Source: a virus
Taxonomy: Duplodnaviria; Caudoviricetes
Virus record (IMG/VR): IMGVR_UViG_2713896750_000003
Span: 1-64,000 of that record
Reading direction: 5' to 3' (one strand)
Length of the DNA stretch: 64,000 nt
Positions 48,202 to 58,232 of the stretch are shown in pieces. How positions within the stretch are numbered: the first letter of the stretch is position 1; each line of letters opens with the position of its first letter. Below the pieces are notes generated by a model, which made no database searches, was not told where the DNA came from, and was given only the letters and a program-made list of their open reading frames with translations. A program made the position numbers and the translations under genes.

Positions 48202-49362
48202 CTATTCAGTGTTTCTAGTTGGTATCAAGCTGTCGGTGAAAAGACGAAGTGTGTTTCTGGCCTGTGGAGTGATGGCATTAAACCTTCTTTCTTTCGCCTG
48301 AAAGTCGCCCCAAATCCGACCGTCAAATGGCTTAGAGAACTCATCAGTAATGCGGTCTGTCAACTTCCTGAAAGATTGGACGAGAACTTCCGACCAGGAG
48401 CTAGTGTCCGTATTGAGCATCTTTTTTAGTATCTTTTCGCGATAGACGACCGGCACATTGCACACTTGGTACTCCACAGGAAAAGAAACGTCGCCATGGT
48501 TTAGCCCGTCTAACCTTACCAAGCTGTCATTCAAAAACTGGTAAAACTCGGGCATGCTCGCGATGGTCAAGTTGGTGAGCGTCTGATTAACTCTAACTTC
48601 GGCATGTGGTATTTCAGAAGCAAGACGATTGTAATTTGCCACAATTCGCTTCGTATTACTTAACTCCCTTTGATGCTCATTCACTTCAGGCGTCCCATCT
48701 AAAGACAGCATATATTCCAAATTAGGGAACGCTCTTAGAATCTCAATAACGTCCTTTCCTCGACTCTTGAGACTCATCCCATTACTCAAGACTGAAATTC
48801 TGATCTTGTCTTTATGTGGGTACAACACGTCTAGAATATCCAGAAAAGAGTCGTCGTTCATTGGCTCCCCACCATGAAACACATAATGAGTCACCGTAGA
48901 GACAACGCTCTTGACGTAATCGATGGTAGCCGCTCTATTATCAATTCTCTTTGCTCCATCGCCAAACATCTTCCCATAACTGGTGCTGCAGCCGGACGAG
49001 CACATCCGGCATGCGAGCTGGCAAGTATTGTGAGGGCTAAGGTGAAGATATTTGGGATTATTCGGCATGCGCCCATCAGGAAGGCAATCATCGGGCTTAA
49101 AGTCAGGAAATTGAGCCATATAGTGGCCGATCAACTCAATTCCATTTTGTTTAAGTTGACCAGATACACACCGAATGCATCGCTTCGGCACCTCACCCTT
49201 TAACCATTTTGCTCTAGCTTCCATCCTATCTAGACTGTTCCAACCCTCATCGAGACTCTGACCATCTGTACCTTGGTCGTTACAGCACATTTTGACCGAG
49301 CCAAAAGCCCATTGAACGTTGGAGACGAACGGAGCTGGGCATATAAAGTCCACTTTCTTCAT
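48202..49362 (-). CDS. Radical SAM enzyme with N-terminal twitch/SPASM-like domain
   Basis: CPAPF...MCC...WNS...CIRC; CQLACRMC; HGGEP; ATGA overlap with upstream gene. Confidence 0.9.
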   Translation of the reverse strand: MKKVDFICPAPFVSNVQWAFGSVKMCCNDQGTDGQSLDEGWNSLDRMEARAKWLKGEVPKRCIRCVSGQLKQNGIELIGHYMAQFPDFKPDDCLPDGRMPNNPKYLHLSPHNTCQLACRMCSSGCSTSYGKMFGDGAKRIDNRAATIDYVKSVVSTVTHYVFHGGEPMNDDSFLDILDVLYPHKDKIRISVLSNGMSLKSRGKDVIEILRAFPNLEYMLSLDGTPEVNEHQRELSNTKRIVANYNRLASEIPHAEVRVNQTLTNLTIASMPEFYQFLNDSLVRLDGLNHGDVSFPVEYQVCNVPVVYREKILKKMLNTDTSSWSEVLVQSFRKLTDRITDEFSKPFDGRIWGDFQAKERRFNAITPQARNTLRLFTDSLIPTRNTE

Positions 49363-50609
49363 AATGTATCCACGCTGCAAGGTATGATGTTGTTAACGTG
49401 AGGAGCAAACATAGGGAAGACCTTCAGCATGTCTCTCCCCTCATGCTCATCTATAGTTCGATCAAGATACATTGCCTTGTTCCACTCAGAAGGTGAGAAC
49501 TTGCCCGCGAAGATCGCTCTCATAGCGGTATCTCTTAGCTCCATATAGTGCTCATTATCTATTTTTACGTTGCGAAGCTTTTTCAAAACCTCCCTCTTTA
49601 CATCATCTGGCAGCTGAAATGGCTGATAGTACTTGGGGTTATTGACGACGTTTAAGCTAGGCCAAATGCCTCTTGGGTGTAAATTTTCGTAGGCCCATTC
49701 TAAGTACTCGGCGAAATAAACGGCGGAGTAGTTGCTTAGCGTCGTATGAACCCCCACATAATGCCGCTCAGGAAGCTTACTCAATGCCTCATCAATGATT
49801 TTCATCGTTCTCTTTGTTCTACCTCGAAGCCGGATATAGTCATTGGCCTCTGGAATAGAATCGATCGAAAAAACGGCATGAACATCCTTAAAATCCTTAA
49901 GAACGTCCCAAACATTCCTTCCGTCTGTCATGGTTGAAAACGAACCATTGGAAAGAAAGTTGATTTTGCATGTGTCTTTGATCGGCATTAGGGCATCTAT
50001 AATGGCTGGAAAGTTTTTAGCCTGAATCGGGTCACCGCCGTGCAGCACCACTTCTCGCAACGTCTCATAGTTGCTTGTAATGATGCGCAAGTCTTCTTCG
50101 TGATCGGTCTCCGCAACAAACGTCTTTCGATCAAAAGGAGGGAGAATACCAGGATCATTTGTTAGCCCGATTCGCTCAGTAATGCTTAATTTGGTCGAGG
50201 AGATCTGTGGCGTACACATCCTACATGCCATGTTGCATTTGTTGCTTACACCAAGCGCTAGTTGGGTCAAAGGCACTCCACTCATTGAGCCATCTTCGTT
50301 GTACAGATGCTTGTACTTCAAGAAGTTCTCAACAAAGAAGGGTCTGTCCTCCAACAGGTAAAACTTAGAGTGCGACGTTGGCGAGTTTAGACATGTCTTA
50401 CAACCCTCAGGTAACGCATCGTAATTATGCTCCCATAATGCCTTTCTCGTTTGCTTGGCTACATCACCATTCCAGTATTCGTCAAACGGCATTTTTCTTG
50501 TTTCGCCCCACATCTCACAACATGGCGAAGTTCTCTGCGAGATTTTAAAAAGGCCAATAAATGGAGCAAGACACATAGGCAATTTCTCTTTAGGCTCAGA
50601 CAATTTCAT
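49359..50609 (-). CDS. Radical SAM enzyme with N-terminal twitch/SPASM-like domain
   Basis: CLAPF...PCC...WNG...CKTC; CNMACRMC; HGGDP. Confidence 0.9.
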   Translation of the reverse strand: MKLSEPKEKLPMCLAPFIGLFKISQRTSPCCEMWGETRKMPFDEYWNGDVAKQTRKALWEHNYDALPEGCKTCLNSPTSHSKFYLLEDRPFFVENFLKYKHLYNEDGSMSGVPLTQLALGVSNKCNMACRMCTPQISSTKLSITERIGLTNDPGILPPFDRKTFVAETDHEEDLRIITSNYETLREVVLHGGDPIQAKNFPAIIDALMPIKDTCKINFLSNGSFSTMTDGRNVWDVLKDFKDVHAVFSIDSIPEANDYIRLRGRTKRTMKIIDEALSKLPERHYVGVHTTLSNYSAVYFAEYLEWAYENLHPRGIWPSLNVVNNPKYYQPFQLPDDVKREVLKKLRNVKIDNEHYMELRDTAMRAIFAGKFSPSEWNKAMYLDRTIDEHEGRDMLKVFPMFAPHVNNIIPCSVDTL

Positions 50610-51960
50610 TTAACCAAGCCTCCTCGCAGTTTTTAGCGTACTCATCAACGTCCAATCCTCGATATTCAAAAGTGTCACCATAGGCTTCTGAAAGCGTCTG
50701 AACACATTCAAAAATGTCATTTGGATCTACCTTGATATGAGGGCAGGGAAAGTCCTTCGACCAAGGCGCGTTGCCGTTAACAACACAAGGAATGTGAACA
50801 CTCGCTTCAAGAATTGCATAGGGCATTATTTCAATATCGCTCAGGTGTAAAAGGACGCGATGTTGACGAATAATGCCGGGTAGGAAATCGTTAGGTACGT
50901 TTGTGAGCTGACGATAACCCTGAACGCCAGCCTCATGAGCCATTTCTTTTAGCGTTCGCCCGTCTCGCCCCAAATCTTGTCCGCAAACTACGGTCACAGG
51001 AAGACCGGTTATCGCCAAAATCTCAAACATTAGATCGAAATTTTTTCGCTCGTAGTTTGAGCCAATAATAAGTACCCCTTTTGTCCCATTTGTCGTCCTA
51101 TAGACCACTCTCGGCTCATAAAAGGGTTCGGGCAGAAGCTTGACATTTGCCTCTGGAATTAGAGATTCCAGTTGCGACTTTACGCCGATGGTTTGGGTTC
51201 CGATTTCGAACTTTATATCTTTGAGTAGTCGCAAATAATCGATGACCAAGTCACTTGAGAAATCAGTGAAGTTAGAGTCAGGGCTCATGATGTCACCAAT
51301 ATGCGTGTATGCGATTCTGGGGATGCCAAGAGCGTCAAACTCATCATTCATCGAATCAAGAGCTAAAGTCGATGCGTAGCTGTGCGAGACGACTAGAGAA
51401 GGGGTGAAATCTCTTAGATATTGCGCAAGACCCTGCTCAAATGTTCTAGATCGAACTTCCTTCTCAAACTCAAAAGAATGAACAGGAAGTTCTTTGCTGT
51501 TCTCGGCAAACATTGGCATAGAGAAAAGGCTGACATGGCTAAGATCGATTCCATTAGGGAATGCCACATCTTCCCCGTCAATATCGGTTACATCGACAAT
51601 AACATCTAACATTAAGGCGTTTTCCGCGCACATCTGTGCAAAATGCTTTATGAATGTGTAAATGCCGGACGCATTGCCAATAAAAAAGCTATCGAGGAGA
51701 AAAGCAACACGCTTATCCCCCTTCTTAATTGGTACATCTTTAAGAAGAGTATTCACTTTTTTATACCCCTTTAACGCTTCGCTTTCAGAAATCTGCCAGC
51801 TAATATCGTTTAACGTGAAGTGGTACTGACCAACATCATCCACCCCTTCAAAACAAGATTCATCGATTACCTGCTTGCTTGATGTATCAAACAAGGAAAG
51901 TTTTCTCCTTGCGCAGTAAAGCGCTAGTTCCTGATTGCCAGTTAAGCTCTGTTTTTGCAT
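50596..51960 (-). CDS. GT-B fold glycosyltransferase, GT4-like
   Basis: SGIYTF loop, IIGSNYERKN, E-x7-E motif EIMPYAILEA. Confidence 0.7.
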   Translation of the reverse strand: MQKQSLTGNQELALYCARRKLSLFDTSSKQVIDESCFEGVDDVGQYHFTLNDISWQISESEALKGYKKVNTLLKDVPIKKGDKRVAFLLDSFFIGNASGIYTFIKHFAQMCAENALMLDVIVDVTDIDGEDVAFPNGIDLSHVSLFSMPMFAENSKELPVHSFEFEKEVRSRTFEQGLAQYLRDFTPSLVVSHSYASTLALDSMNDEFDALGIPRIAYTHIGDIMSPDSNFTDFSSDLVIDYLRLLKDIKFEIGTQTIGVKSQLESLIPEANVKLLPEPFYEPRVVYRTTNGTKGVLIIGSNYERKNFDLMFEILAITGLPVTVVCGQDLGRDGRTLKEMAHEAGVQGYRQLTNVPNDFLPGIIRQHRVLLHLSDIEIMPYAILEASVHIPCVVNGNAPWSKDFPCPHIKVDPNDIFECVQTLSEAYGDTFEYRGLDVDEYAKNCEEAWLNEIV

Positions 51961-52523
51961 ACAATTGTCACCGAACTGCTGTAGACGTTTGTTGTGGACG
52001 TAATGCCGTTTGAGTTGGAGAACCCTAAACTGGTGTAGTCATACCTTCCCAAAATGGTGTAACAGGTATGAGCGTGAGAGATCCTCACCTGAAAATATTG
52101 AAATGAGGCGTTTCTGATGATGTTCCCATACTCATCTTTTGCACCGCCCGACCAGTATCCGCTGATTTTTACTTCATAACCGTTCCATCGAAATACGGCC
52201 CAGTCACCTTCAACTGTCCCCGTACCTCCCCAGCCTCCAAATGCTCGTGTGTTTGGTGCTCGCCATCCAGACACAATGGCGATTGATGTCCGCGTCTCTT
52301 TAAAGGCAATGGCATACTGATCGAACTTTGGATTGTTGAAATGAGAGAGCGACAGATTGCCGCTCGTAGGGATATCGCTGCCATTGGATTGCTTGGCGTA
52401 TCGAGGCACCCCCTGATGTGGGTCAATGACACTGGTTTTTGGTCTCAGCTCGGAAAGGGACAGACTACTGCTGTCCCCAGAGCCGAAAAACAAAGATCGA
52501 ATTGACGAGAAAGATAGAGCCAT
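51942..52523 (-). CDS. Tail fibre tip / gp38-like adhesin
   Basis: LSFSSIR..F, LSLSEL, IPTSGNLSLSHF attachment-type motif; Gly/Trp-rich C-half; TAATG overlap with the fibre gene. Confidence 0.55.
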   Translation of the reverse strand: MALSFSSIRSLFFGSGDSSSLSLSELRPKTSVIDPHQGVPRYAKQSNGSDIPTSGNLSLSHFNNPKFDQYAIAFKETRTSIAIVSGWRAPNTRAFGGWGGTGTVEGDWAVFRWNGYEVKISGYWSGGAKDEYGNIIRNASFQYFQVRISHAHTCYTILGRYDYTSLGFSNSNGITSTTNVYSSSVTIVCKNRA

Positions 52524-55500
52524 TACATTCTACCTCCTTCCAAAGCATCAACTCGATCCGACAACTCCTTAATAGCCTCTACTAAAAGACCAACGGTGTT
52601 ACCGTAAGCCACGGAAAGTAGACCATCGTCGCCATGTCTCTTAACCGCCTCAGGGAGAACTCTCTCAAGCTCTTGAGCGATTAGGCCAGTTTCAACAAAC
52701 TCTCTGTAATCCGAGGCGCTCTTATCAAGCTTGTTAGCTTTTATATACGTGTAGCCGCTCAACGACTTCACCTTATTAAGAGCATCTGAGATGACCTTGA
52801 TCTCTCTTTTAAGACGGCGGTCAGAAAGACCAGAGATGTCACCACTTGCCGAGATGTTACCGCCCGCTGTTATGTTGTAACTAGATACAATTGAGCCTGT
52901 CGATTGCAGGGTATTCACATGCACATCGGACAGACGCTTGTCTTGAGTCCAACCGCTTGGGCTAGCCTGAGCCGGAATGATTCTCCAGTCCGTGTACATG
53001 TTGCTCTGATTGATTCTTTCTATGGTGTAGTAGAGACCGGTGCCGGACACCGCATACACCTCAAATGAATGGCCGCCATACACACGATCAGATGAGTTGT
53101 ACATTGTTCTCACATGGTAAAAGCCTGGTCCGCCATAAGAGTTCCCCACTAACTGAGTTATCTCGCTCTGCCCATGACTGTTTGTGATCAAGAACTTAGC
53201 GTATGTATGTTTACCACCGGTATAGTCGCCGATCGTGATGATGCAAGCACCATGATCTCCACCATTGGTGTCAGCGATCTTGTACCAGCCAGTAGAAGGA
53301 ACATTAAAGTAACGTCTAGGCTCTACCTGAGTGAAGTTAGAACTGTCCTTACCATCAAGCTTGTCAGAGTTGCTCACAGAAACAGAAAGTGTTCTGTTTG
53401 ATGAGCCATCGATGGATACCGAGCCGCTCGCGTCGCCGCTTAACGATATCGTTCTTGCCGACGCCCACTTACTTGCACTAGATGCGTTACCGGATAGACT
53501 TCCAGAAAACGCCGGAGCGGTAACCGTGTGAGCAAACACAGCCGTACCGTTCTCTCGAATAGTGAAGTCCGCAGCACTAGAGCCGTTATAACGGAATGCG
53601 AGATCGCCGTTCTGGTGATCAAGCTGCCAATAGTTGTCATTGTAAGTACTGTCCATCAGATTCAATTGAACATTGGTGTGTCTGATGGTTAACTGGCCGT
53701 TAATTGTCGATGAGGAATCCGAGCGGACAAACTGGCTCGCTTGTAGACCATCAAGTTTATCAGCATCAAGACCACTTCCTGAACCATCGTTTCCAGCATG
53801 CCAAATATTGTGGCCGCGATAGGTAATTGAGTTGGAATTAAAGCCTAACAACGTGGTAGCGTTGCCGCCGGTCATATAACGGAAGTAATAACCTGAGGCA
53901 TCCCCGTCCGCGTCGTTGTTATGAGTGAAATAGATGCTACTGTCATCAACATGAACCGAAACATTATCGTCTTGACCCGTCTGCGATGAAGAGTTTCGTT
54001 GCAGTCGGAAAGGCGTACTTCCTTCATTGGTGTTGACGTTCAACTCAGACGTGTTTAGGGCTCCAGTCACAGTACCGCCAGAAGATCGCACAAATCGAGC
54101 GTCCGCTTCAGATTCGGTATAGTAACGACCGTCATGAGTGTGTGAGTCATTAGCTACACTGACGCTCATAGAGACGTTCTCAGAGCCATCCCACGATACA
54201 GAGCCGCTCGCGTCTCCTGTCAGAGTTAATGTGCGAGCATTTGTCCATTTATCAGCTATTGGATGGTAGTTATCCGTAAACAGTCTCTCCCAAGCAAGCG
54301 TCCCCACTCGGTGATGAATTGAGCCATGAGAGTTAAAGGACAGTTGATGCGTGTACGTAGAGCCAGAGTGCGCATTAAAGGTGAAAAGTGCATTCGCATT
54401 ATTCACCCCGCCTTCAGGCTTGTTGCTTGTTTCCGAATTGTACGTTGTGTAACTGAAACCTCCCTCTTCCGAGAACAGGCGACTGTTTAGATCTATAGTG
54501 CTACGAACGCCCTTCATCATCACGGAGGTTTCGTCGGTAAACACAAGCTTGTTGCCACCCAGAGACAGATCTCCTGACAAAGCATCTCCAGATTTTTTCA
54601 GGTATCTGTCGTCATGTGTGTGACTGTCGTTGTTTACCGATGCGCTTAGAACAACATCAGACGATCCGTCAATCGAAACAGAGCCCGTTAGATCACCCGA
54701 TAGAGTTATCGTTCTCGCTACAGTCCACTTGTCGGCGTTTGGATGGTAGACGTCATTAAATAACTTATGTGAGGTGCTGTCATTAACAACCCAAACAGGG
54801 TTCGATGAAGATGCGAGAGAAAGTCCATCTCGACCAATCGAACCAAAGTAAGCATGCCCATTGTGCAGTTGAACAAGCGGCTTACTGTCTGTCGCACCAA
54901 TTGCCCCAGATAGAACGTTGTCAGTGTGAGAGCTGGTTTTACTTAGTGCTCCAACATCACTCGCAGTTGGCTTGTTATTTGTACTGTAAAGATATTCCCA
55001 ATCGCTCCATTCATCCGAGTATCTAGTTCGGAACGCAAATCGGCCGGAGCTCGATGACGTGCCATAGGGAATGACGAACTGCGTTAGGTTGCCTCTGTTA
55101 TAGGAGAAGTTCTGAATGTAGCCATATCCAGTCTTATTGTCTGGACGATTGGCTGAATCCCCTCTAAACAATCTCGCATAAATGCCGGGCTCGTCGATTG
55201 CATCAAAGTCAACCGTCAAAGAGCTGCCTGCGTTACCTACAGCAATGTAAGGAATCGACTTGATTAGACCAGTATTGTCAAAAGTTACCCTGTCATCAAT
55301 TTGACTCTGTAAGGATGTCTCCATAGAGTCAACGTCAGATTTTTTGTAGTAGCGACTATCGGCAAACGATGCATAATTGCCGCTGTGCATGACCGAGTGC
55401 TTGGATGTGCCATCAAAGTACTCAAAAGCCCCTTGGTGATCGAACTGCCAATACTTTCCGCTGTTTGTTGACTCAAAGCGCAACTCATTACCAGCAGAGC

Positions 55501-58153
55501 TAGATGTCGAGCCAACATACTTCAGAAGCCAAGCGTATGTTTGGTTACCAAAGTAGATATAGGAATCTTGGCCGCCTAATCTATCGCTTAGGCCATCTTC
55601 TAGGCCACCATCAATTCTTAAAACTTCGCCGATAGCGTTGAGCTTCAGCTTTTCACTCAATGAACCGCCTTCCAGAGACAAATACTGGCTGTCGTGAGTG
55701 TGAGAATCGTTATTTACAGATACAGAAATTGAGGCATTGGCTGAGCCATCCCACGAAACGGAGCCAGTGACATCCCCCGTCAGTGTCAATGTTCTCGCTG
55801 TTGTCCACTTGTCTGCATTAGGGTGATAACCATCATGGAAGACCTTTTGTCCCATGAAGTTAAACTCACCATTAGTTCTAAGAGTAAGAACCTCTTTTCG
55901 AACGCCATCAGACGGCGTGTAGCCTTCAAAGACGATTCCCCCATCAACCTGACCATTCGCGCCGTTAGCATCAATCATTCGGAAAATGCGAGCGTCATAG
56001 TAGTTAGAACCAGGGAAGTAATCTCCTTGACTGATAATGTCTAATCCCTCTCCCACCTTAAAGCCAGCAGAGCCTGATGTGATCTTGCCACTTACGGTCA
56101 GGTTGCCGCTCATTGTGTCAGAGACGTCAGATCGCAAGAACTGAGTTGAATCTAGACCGTCCAACTTGTCTGAATCCGCCGCTTTCTCTGTCTTGCCCAG
56201 TTTTGACGCGTCAAGAGCAGAGTACGCGCCATTAACCGCGTTGCGCGTTGCTAGATTGGTGCCAGATGAGGTATAGATGTCAGATGCAGACCAGTTGGGA
56301 ACATTGTTAAGGCCAATGTCGCTTTTACTAAGGACAACGTTGCCAATCTTGCCGTTTACGCTTGCTACCTTGTCGGTGTTGTCAACCTTGTACCAAACAT
56401 CGCTATCCATGTCCCAATAGAGATCGTCACCAGCATCAACAGTAAGCGTCCCCTGAGGTCCGCTCATAGTCCCGCCTACCGTAACGCGATAGTAGTCGGG
56501 CATTTCAGGATCGCTAGGTACAGGGAAGTTACCAGAAGACGCATCCCACTTGCCTTTAAATTGAACCGATCTAGTTGCAATTGAACTGGCTTGAGTTGCA
56601 GCCTGCTCTGCTCGCTCGGCAGCGCTTTCAGCTATAGATGCAGATGAGGCAGAGCTATCTCGATATGACTTAGCTGTATTCTCAGATGCCTTGGATGCAG
56701 TTTCTGATGCCTTTGCTGCAATCTCTGAGTTCTTGGCTGCTGTTTCTGATGCCTTAGCTGCAACCTCCGATGCCTTAGCCGCAACTTGAGAGGCTTCGGC
56801 GGCATCTTCCGATGCCTTAGCTGCAACTTTTGACGCTTCACTGGATGCAGCAGAGCTTGCCGATGACTCAGCAGAAGCCGCAGCCTCATCTTTTGAATCA
56901 GAAGCAGATGAAGCAAAAGATGCCGCTTCATCACGGCTAACCCCGGCATTGGTTTCTGAGGTTTTAGCGGCAGAGGCTGATGCGTCTGAAGCCTGACGAG
57001 AGTTTTCGCTGGCCATTGCAGAGTTTGCAGCCGCGTTTTTACTAGAAATAGCCGAAGCTGCACTATCAGAAGCAGATGAGGCGTGTGCTGCGGACGCCGT
57101 CTCGGAGTCATTTGCGGCTGCCGCACTATTCGCAGCATCCAGCTTGCTCTGATTTGCCGAGTTAGCAGCGTTTTCAGCCGCTACCTTATTGGCGTTAGAC
57201 GCAGCTTCAGACGCAGCTGCCGCAATAGCGGATGAATCGGACGCCTGACGAGAAGTCTCGCTCTCAGAAGCGGAATCCGCCGCCGACCCTGCGGCTGCAG
57301 CGGCATTTAGTTCATGTGTTTTAGCATTGTCTTCTGATTGCTTGGCGGCGACCTGACTTGCAGATGCGGAGTTTCTACTTTCAAGAGCAAACGCTGCATC
57401 GTTCGCCGCCTTTATTGCGTGATGTTTCGCAGAGAACTTTCCGCTCTCGACCTCTACATTCTCGCCCTGCTCGGCCCACTGTTTAGCCTTATGCTCGCTC
57501 GCTAGACTCGCATTTTCTGAGGACTTTGCATTAGTTTCGGAGGTTTTCGCTTTGTTTTCTGAGCTCTTAGCGGCAACGGCGCTAGCTTCAGAAGCTTGGC
57601 GAGACAATTCAGAATCATTTGCGGCATCTAAAGCGCTTAGTTCAGAGGCCTTGGCATTCTGCTCTGAATCTCTTGCAGCAGATGCAGCTGCCTGTGACTC
57701 TTGGTTAGAGACTTCACTTTCATTCGCACTAGCTGCCGAGCTGTTCTTGTTCGCCAGCGACTGCGCTTCGTGATTAGATGCATTTATTTCTGCCTGTTTT
57801 GCAGCGCCTTCCGAAGCACTAGCCGCAGAAACTTTTTCATCTAAAGTAGCCTCGATTGAATTTGAGTAATCCAATGCCGCAGACGCCTTGCTAAGCGCCT
57901 CGTTAGCTGTAGGAAGGGCATTCTCTACAGCGGCCACTGCTTGATCCATTCGATATTGAATCTGGGAGGGTGAATCAACGAGAACCTGATTGCCAGTACT
58001 GTCTGACAGGTATCGTTTGCCCTTGTTGTCTGTCGCATCGTCTAATGTTTCGTTAGGTGCGGCCAACCACTCTCGTTGCTGGTCAACAAAGGCTTGCCAA
58101 TTATTGATCACATCGCCAAGCCTTTGATACAAATCAGTCGCAGTATTCGACAT
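52523..58153 (-). CDS. Long tail fibre with Ala/Ser-rich stalk and C-terminal S74 intramolecular chaperone
   Basis: Stf-like AAKASE repeats, VASVNGKIGNV, repeated ADKW..ARTLTLTGD, SDRRLKREI...GLIAQE...LVEAIKEL. Confidence 0.92.
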   Translation of the reverse strand: MSNTATDLYQRLGDVINNWQAFVDQQREWLAAPNETLDDATDNKGKRYLSDSTGNQVLVDSPSQIQYRMDQAVAAVENALPTANEALSKASAALDYSNSIEATLDEKVSAASASEGAAKQAEINASNHEAQSLANKNSSAASANESEVSNQESQAAASAARDSEQNAKASELSALDAANDSELSRQASEASAVAAKSSENKAKTSETNAKSSENASLASEHKAKQWAEQGENVEVESGKFSAKHHAIKAANDAAFALESRNSASASQVAAKQSEDNAKTHELNAAAAAGSAADSASESETSRQASDSSAIAAAASEAASNANKVAAENAANSANQSKLDAANSAAAANDSETASAAHASSASDSAASAISSKNAAANSAMASENSRQASDASASAAKTSETNAGVSRDEAASFASSASDSKDEAAASAESSASSAASSEASKVAAKASEDAAEASQVAAKASEVAAKASETAAKNSEIAAKASETASKASENTAKSYRDSSASSASIAESAAERAEQAATQASSIATRSVQFKGKWDASSGNFPVPSDPEMPDYYRVTVGGTMSGPQGTLTVDAGDDLYWDMDSDVWYKVDNTDKVASVNGKIGNVVLSKSDIGLNNVPNWSASDIYTSSGTNLATRNAVNGAYSALDASKLGKTEKAADSDKLDGLDSTQFLRSDVSDTMSGNLTVSGKITSGSAGFKVGEGLDIISQGDYFPGSNYYDARIFRMIDANGANGQVDGGIVFEGYTPSDGVRKEVLTLRTNGEFNFMGQKVFHDGYHPNADKWTTARTLTLTGDVTGSVSWDGSANASISVSVNNDSHTHDSQYLSLEGGSLSEKLKLNAIGEVLRIDGGLEDGLSDRLGGQDSYIYFGNQTYAWLLKYVGSTSSSAGNELRFESTNSGKYWQFDHQGAFEYFDGTSKHSVMHSGNYASFADSRYYKKSDVDSMETSLQSQIDDRVTFDNTGLIKSIPYIAVGNAGSSLTVDFDAIDEPGIYARLFRGDSANRPDNKTGYGYIQNFSYNRGNLTQFVIPYGTSSSSGRFAFRTRYSDEWSDWEYLYSTNNKPTASDVGALSKTSSHTDNVLSGAIGATDSKPLVQLHNGHAYFGSIGRDGLSLASSSNPVWVVNDSTSHKLFNDVYHPNADKWTVARTITLSGDLTGSVSIDGSSDVVLSASVNNDSHTHDDRYLKKSGDALSGDLSLGGNKLVFTDETSVMMKGVRSTIDLNSRLFSEEGGFSYTTYNSETSNKPEGGVNNANALFTFNAHSGSTYTHQLSFNSHGSIHHRVGTLAWERLFTDNYHPIADKWTNARTLTLTGDASGSVSWDGSENVSMSVSVANDSHTHDGRYYTESEADARFVRSSGGTVTGALNTSELNVNTNEGSTPFRLQRNSSSQTGQDDNVSVHVDDSSIYFTHNNDADGDASGYYFRYMTGGNATTLLGFNSNSITYRGHNIWHAGNDGSGSGLDADKLDGLQASQFVRSDSSSTINGQLTIRHTNVQLNLMDSTYNDNYWQLDHQNGDLAFRYNGSSAADFTIRENGTAVFAHTVTAPAFSGSLSGNASSASKWASARTISLSGDASGSVSIDGSSNRTLSVSVSNSDKLDGKDSSNFTQVEPRRYFNVPSTGWYKIADTNGGDHGACIITIGDYTGGKHTYAKFLITNSHGQSEITQLVGNSYGGPGFYHVRTMYNSSDRVYGGHSFEVYAVSGTGLYYTIERINQSNMYTDWRIIPAQASPSGWTQDKRLSDVHVNTLQSTGSIVSSYNITAGGNISASGDISGLSDRRLKREIKVISDALNKVKSLSGYTYIKANKLDKSASDYREFVETGLIAQELERVLPEAVKRHGDDGLLSVAYGNTVGLLVEAIKELSDRVDALEGGRM
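56680..56830 (-). repeat. 21-bp tandem repeats encoding AAKASE(T/V) heptads
   Basis: Repeated GATGCCTTAGCTGC-type units. Confidence 0.7.
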
Positions 58154-58205
58154 ATTTCAGTACCTCTTAACGTTAAGTGAGCTCCATTATAGGAAATAAA
58201 ATAAC

Positions 58206-58227
58206 ATTAAGTAAGTACTTACTTAAT
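58206..58227. promoter_or_regulatory. Perfect 22-bp palindromic operator upstream of the tail fibre
   Basis: ATTAAGTAAGTACTTACTTAAT. Confidence 0.75.
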
Positions 58228-58232
58228 TTAAG

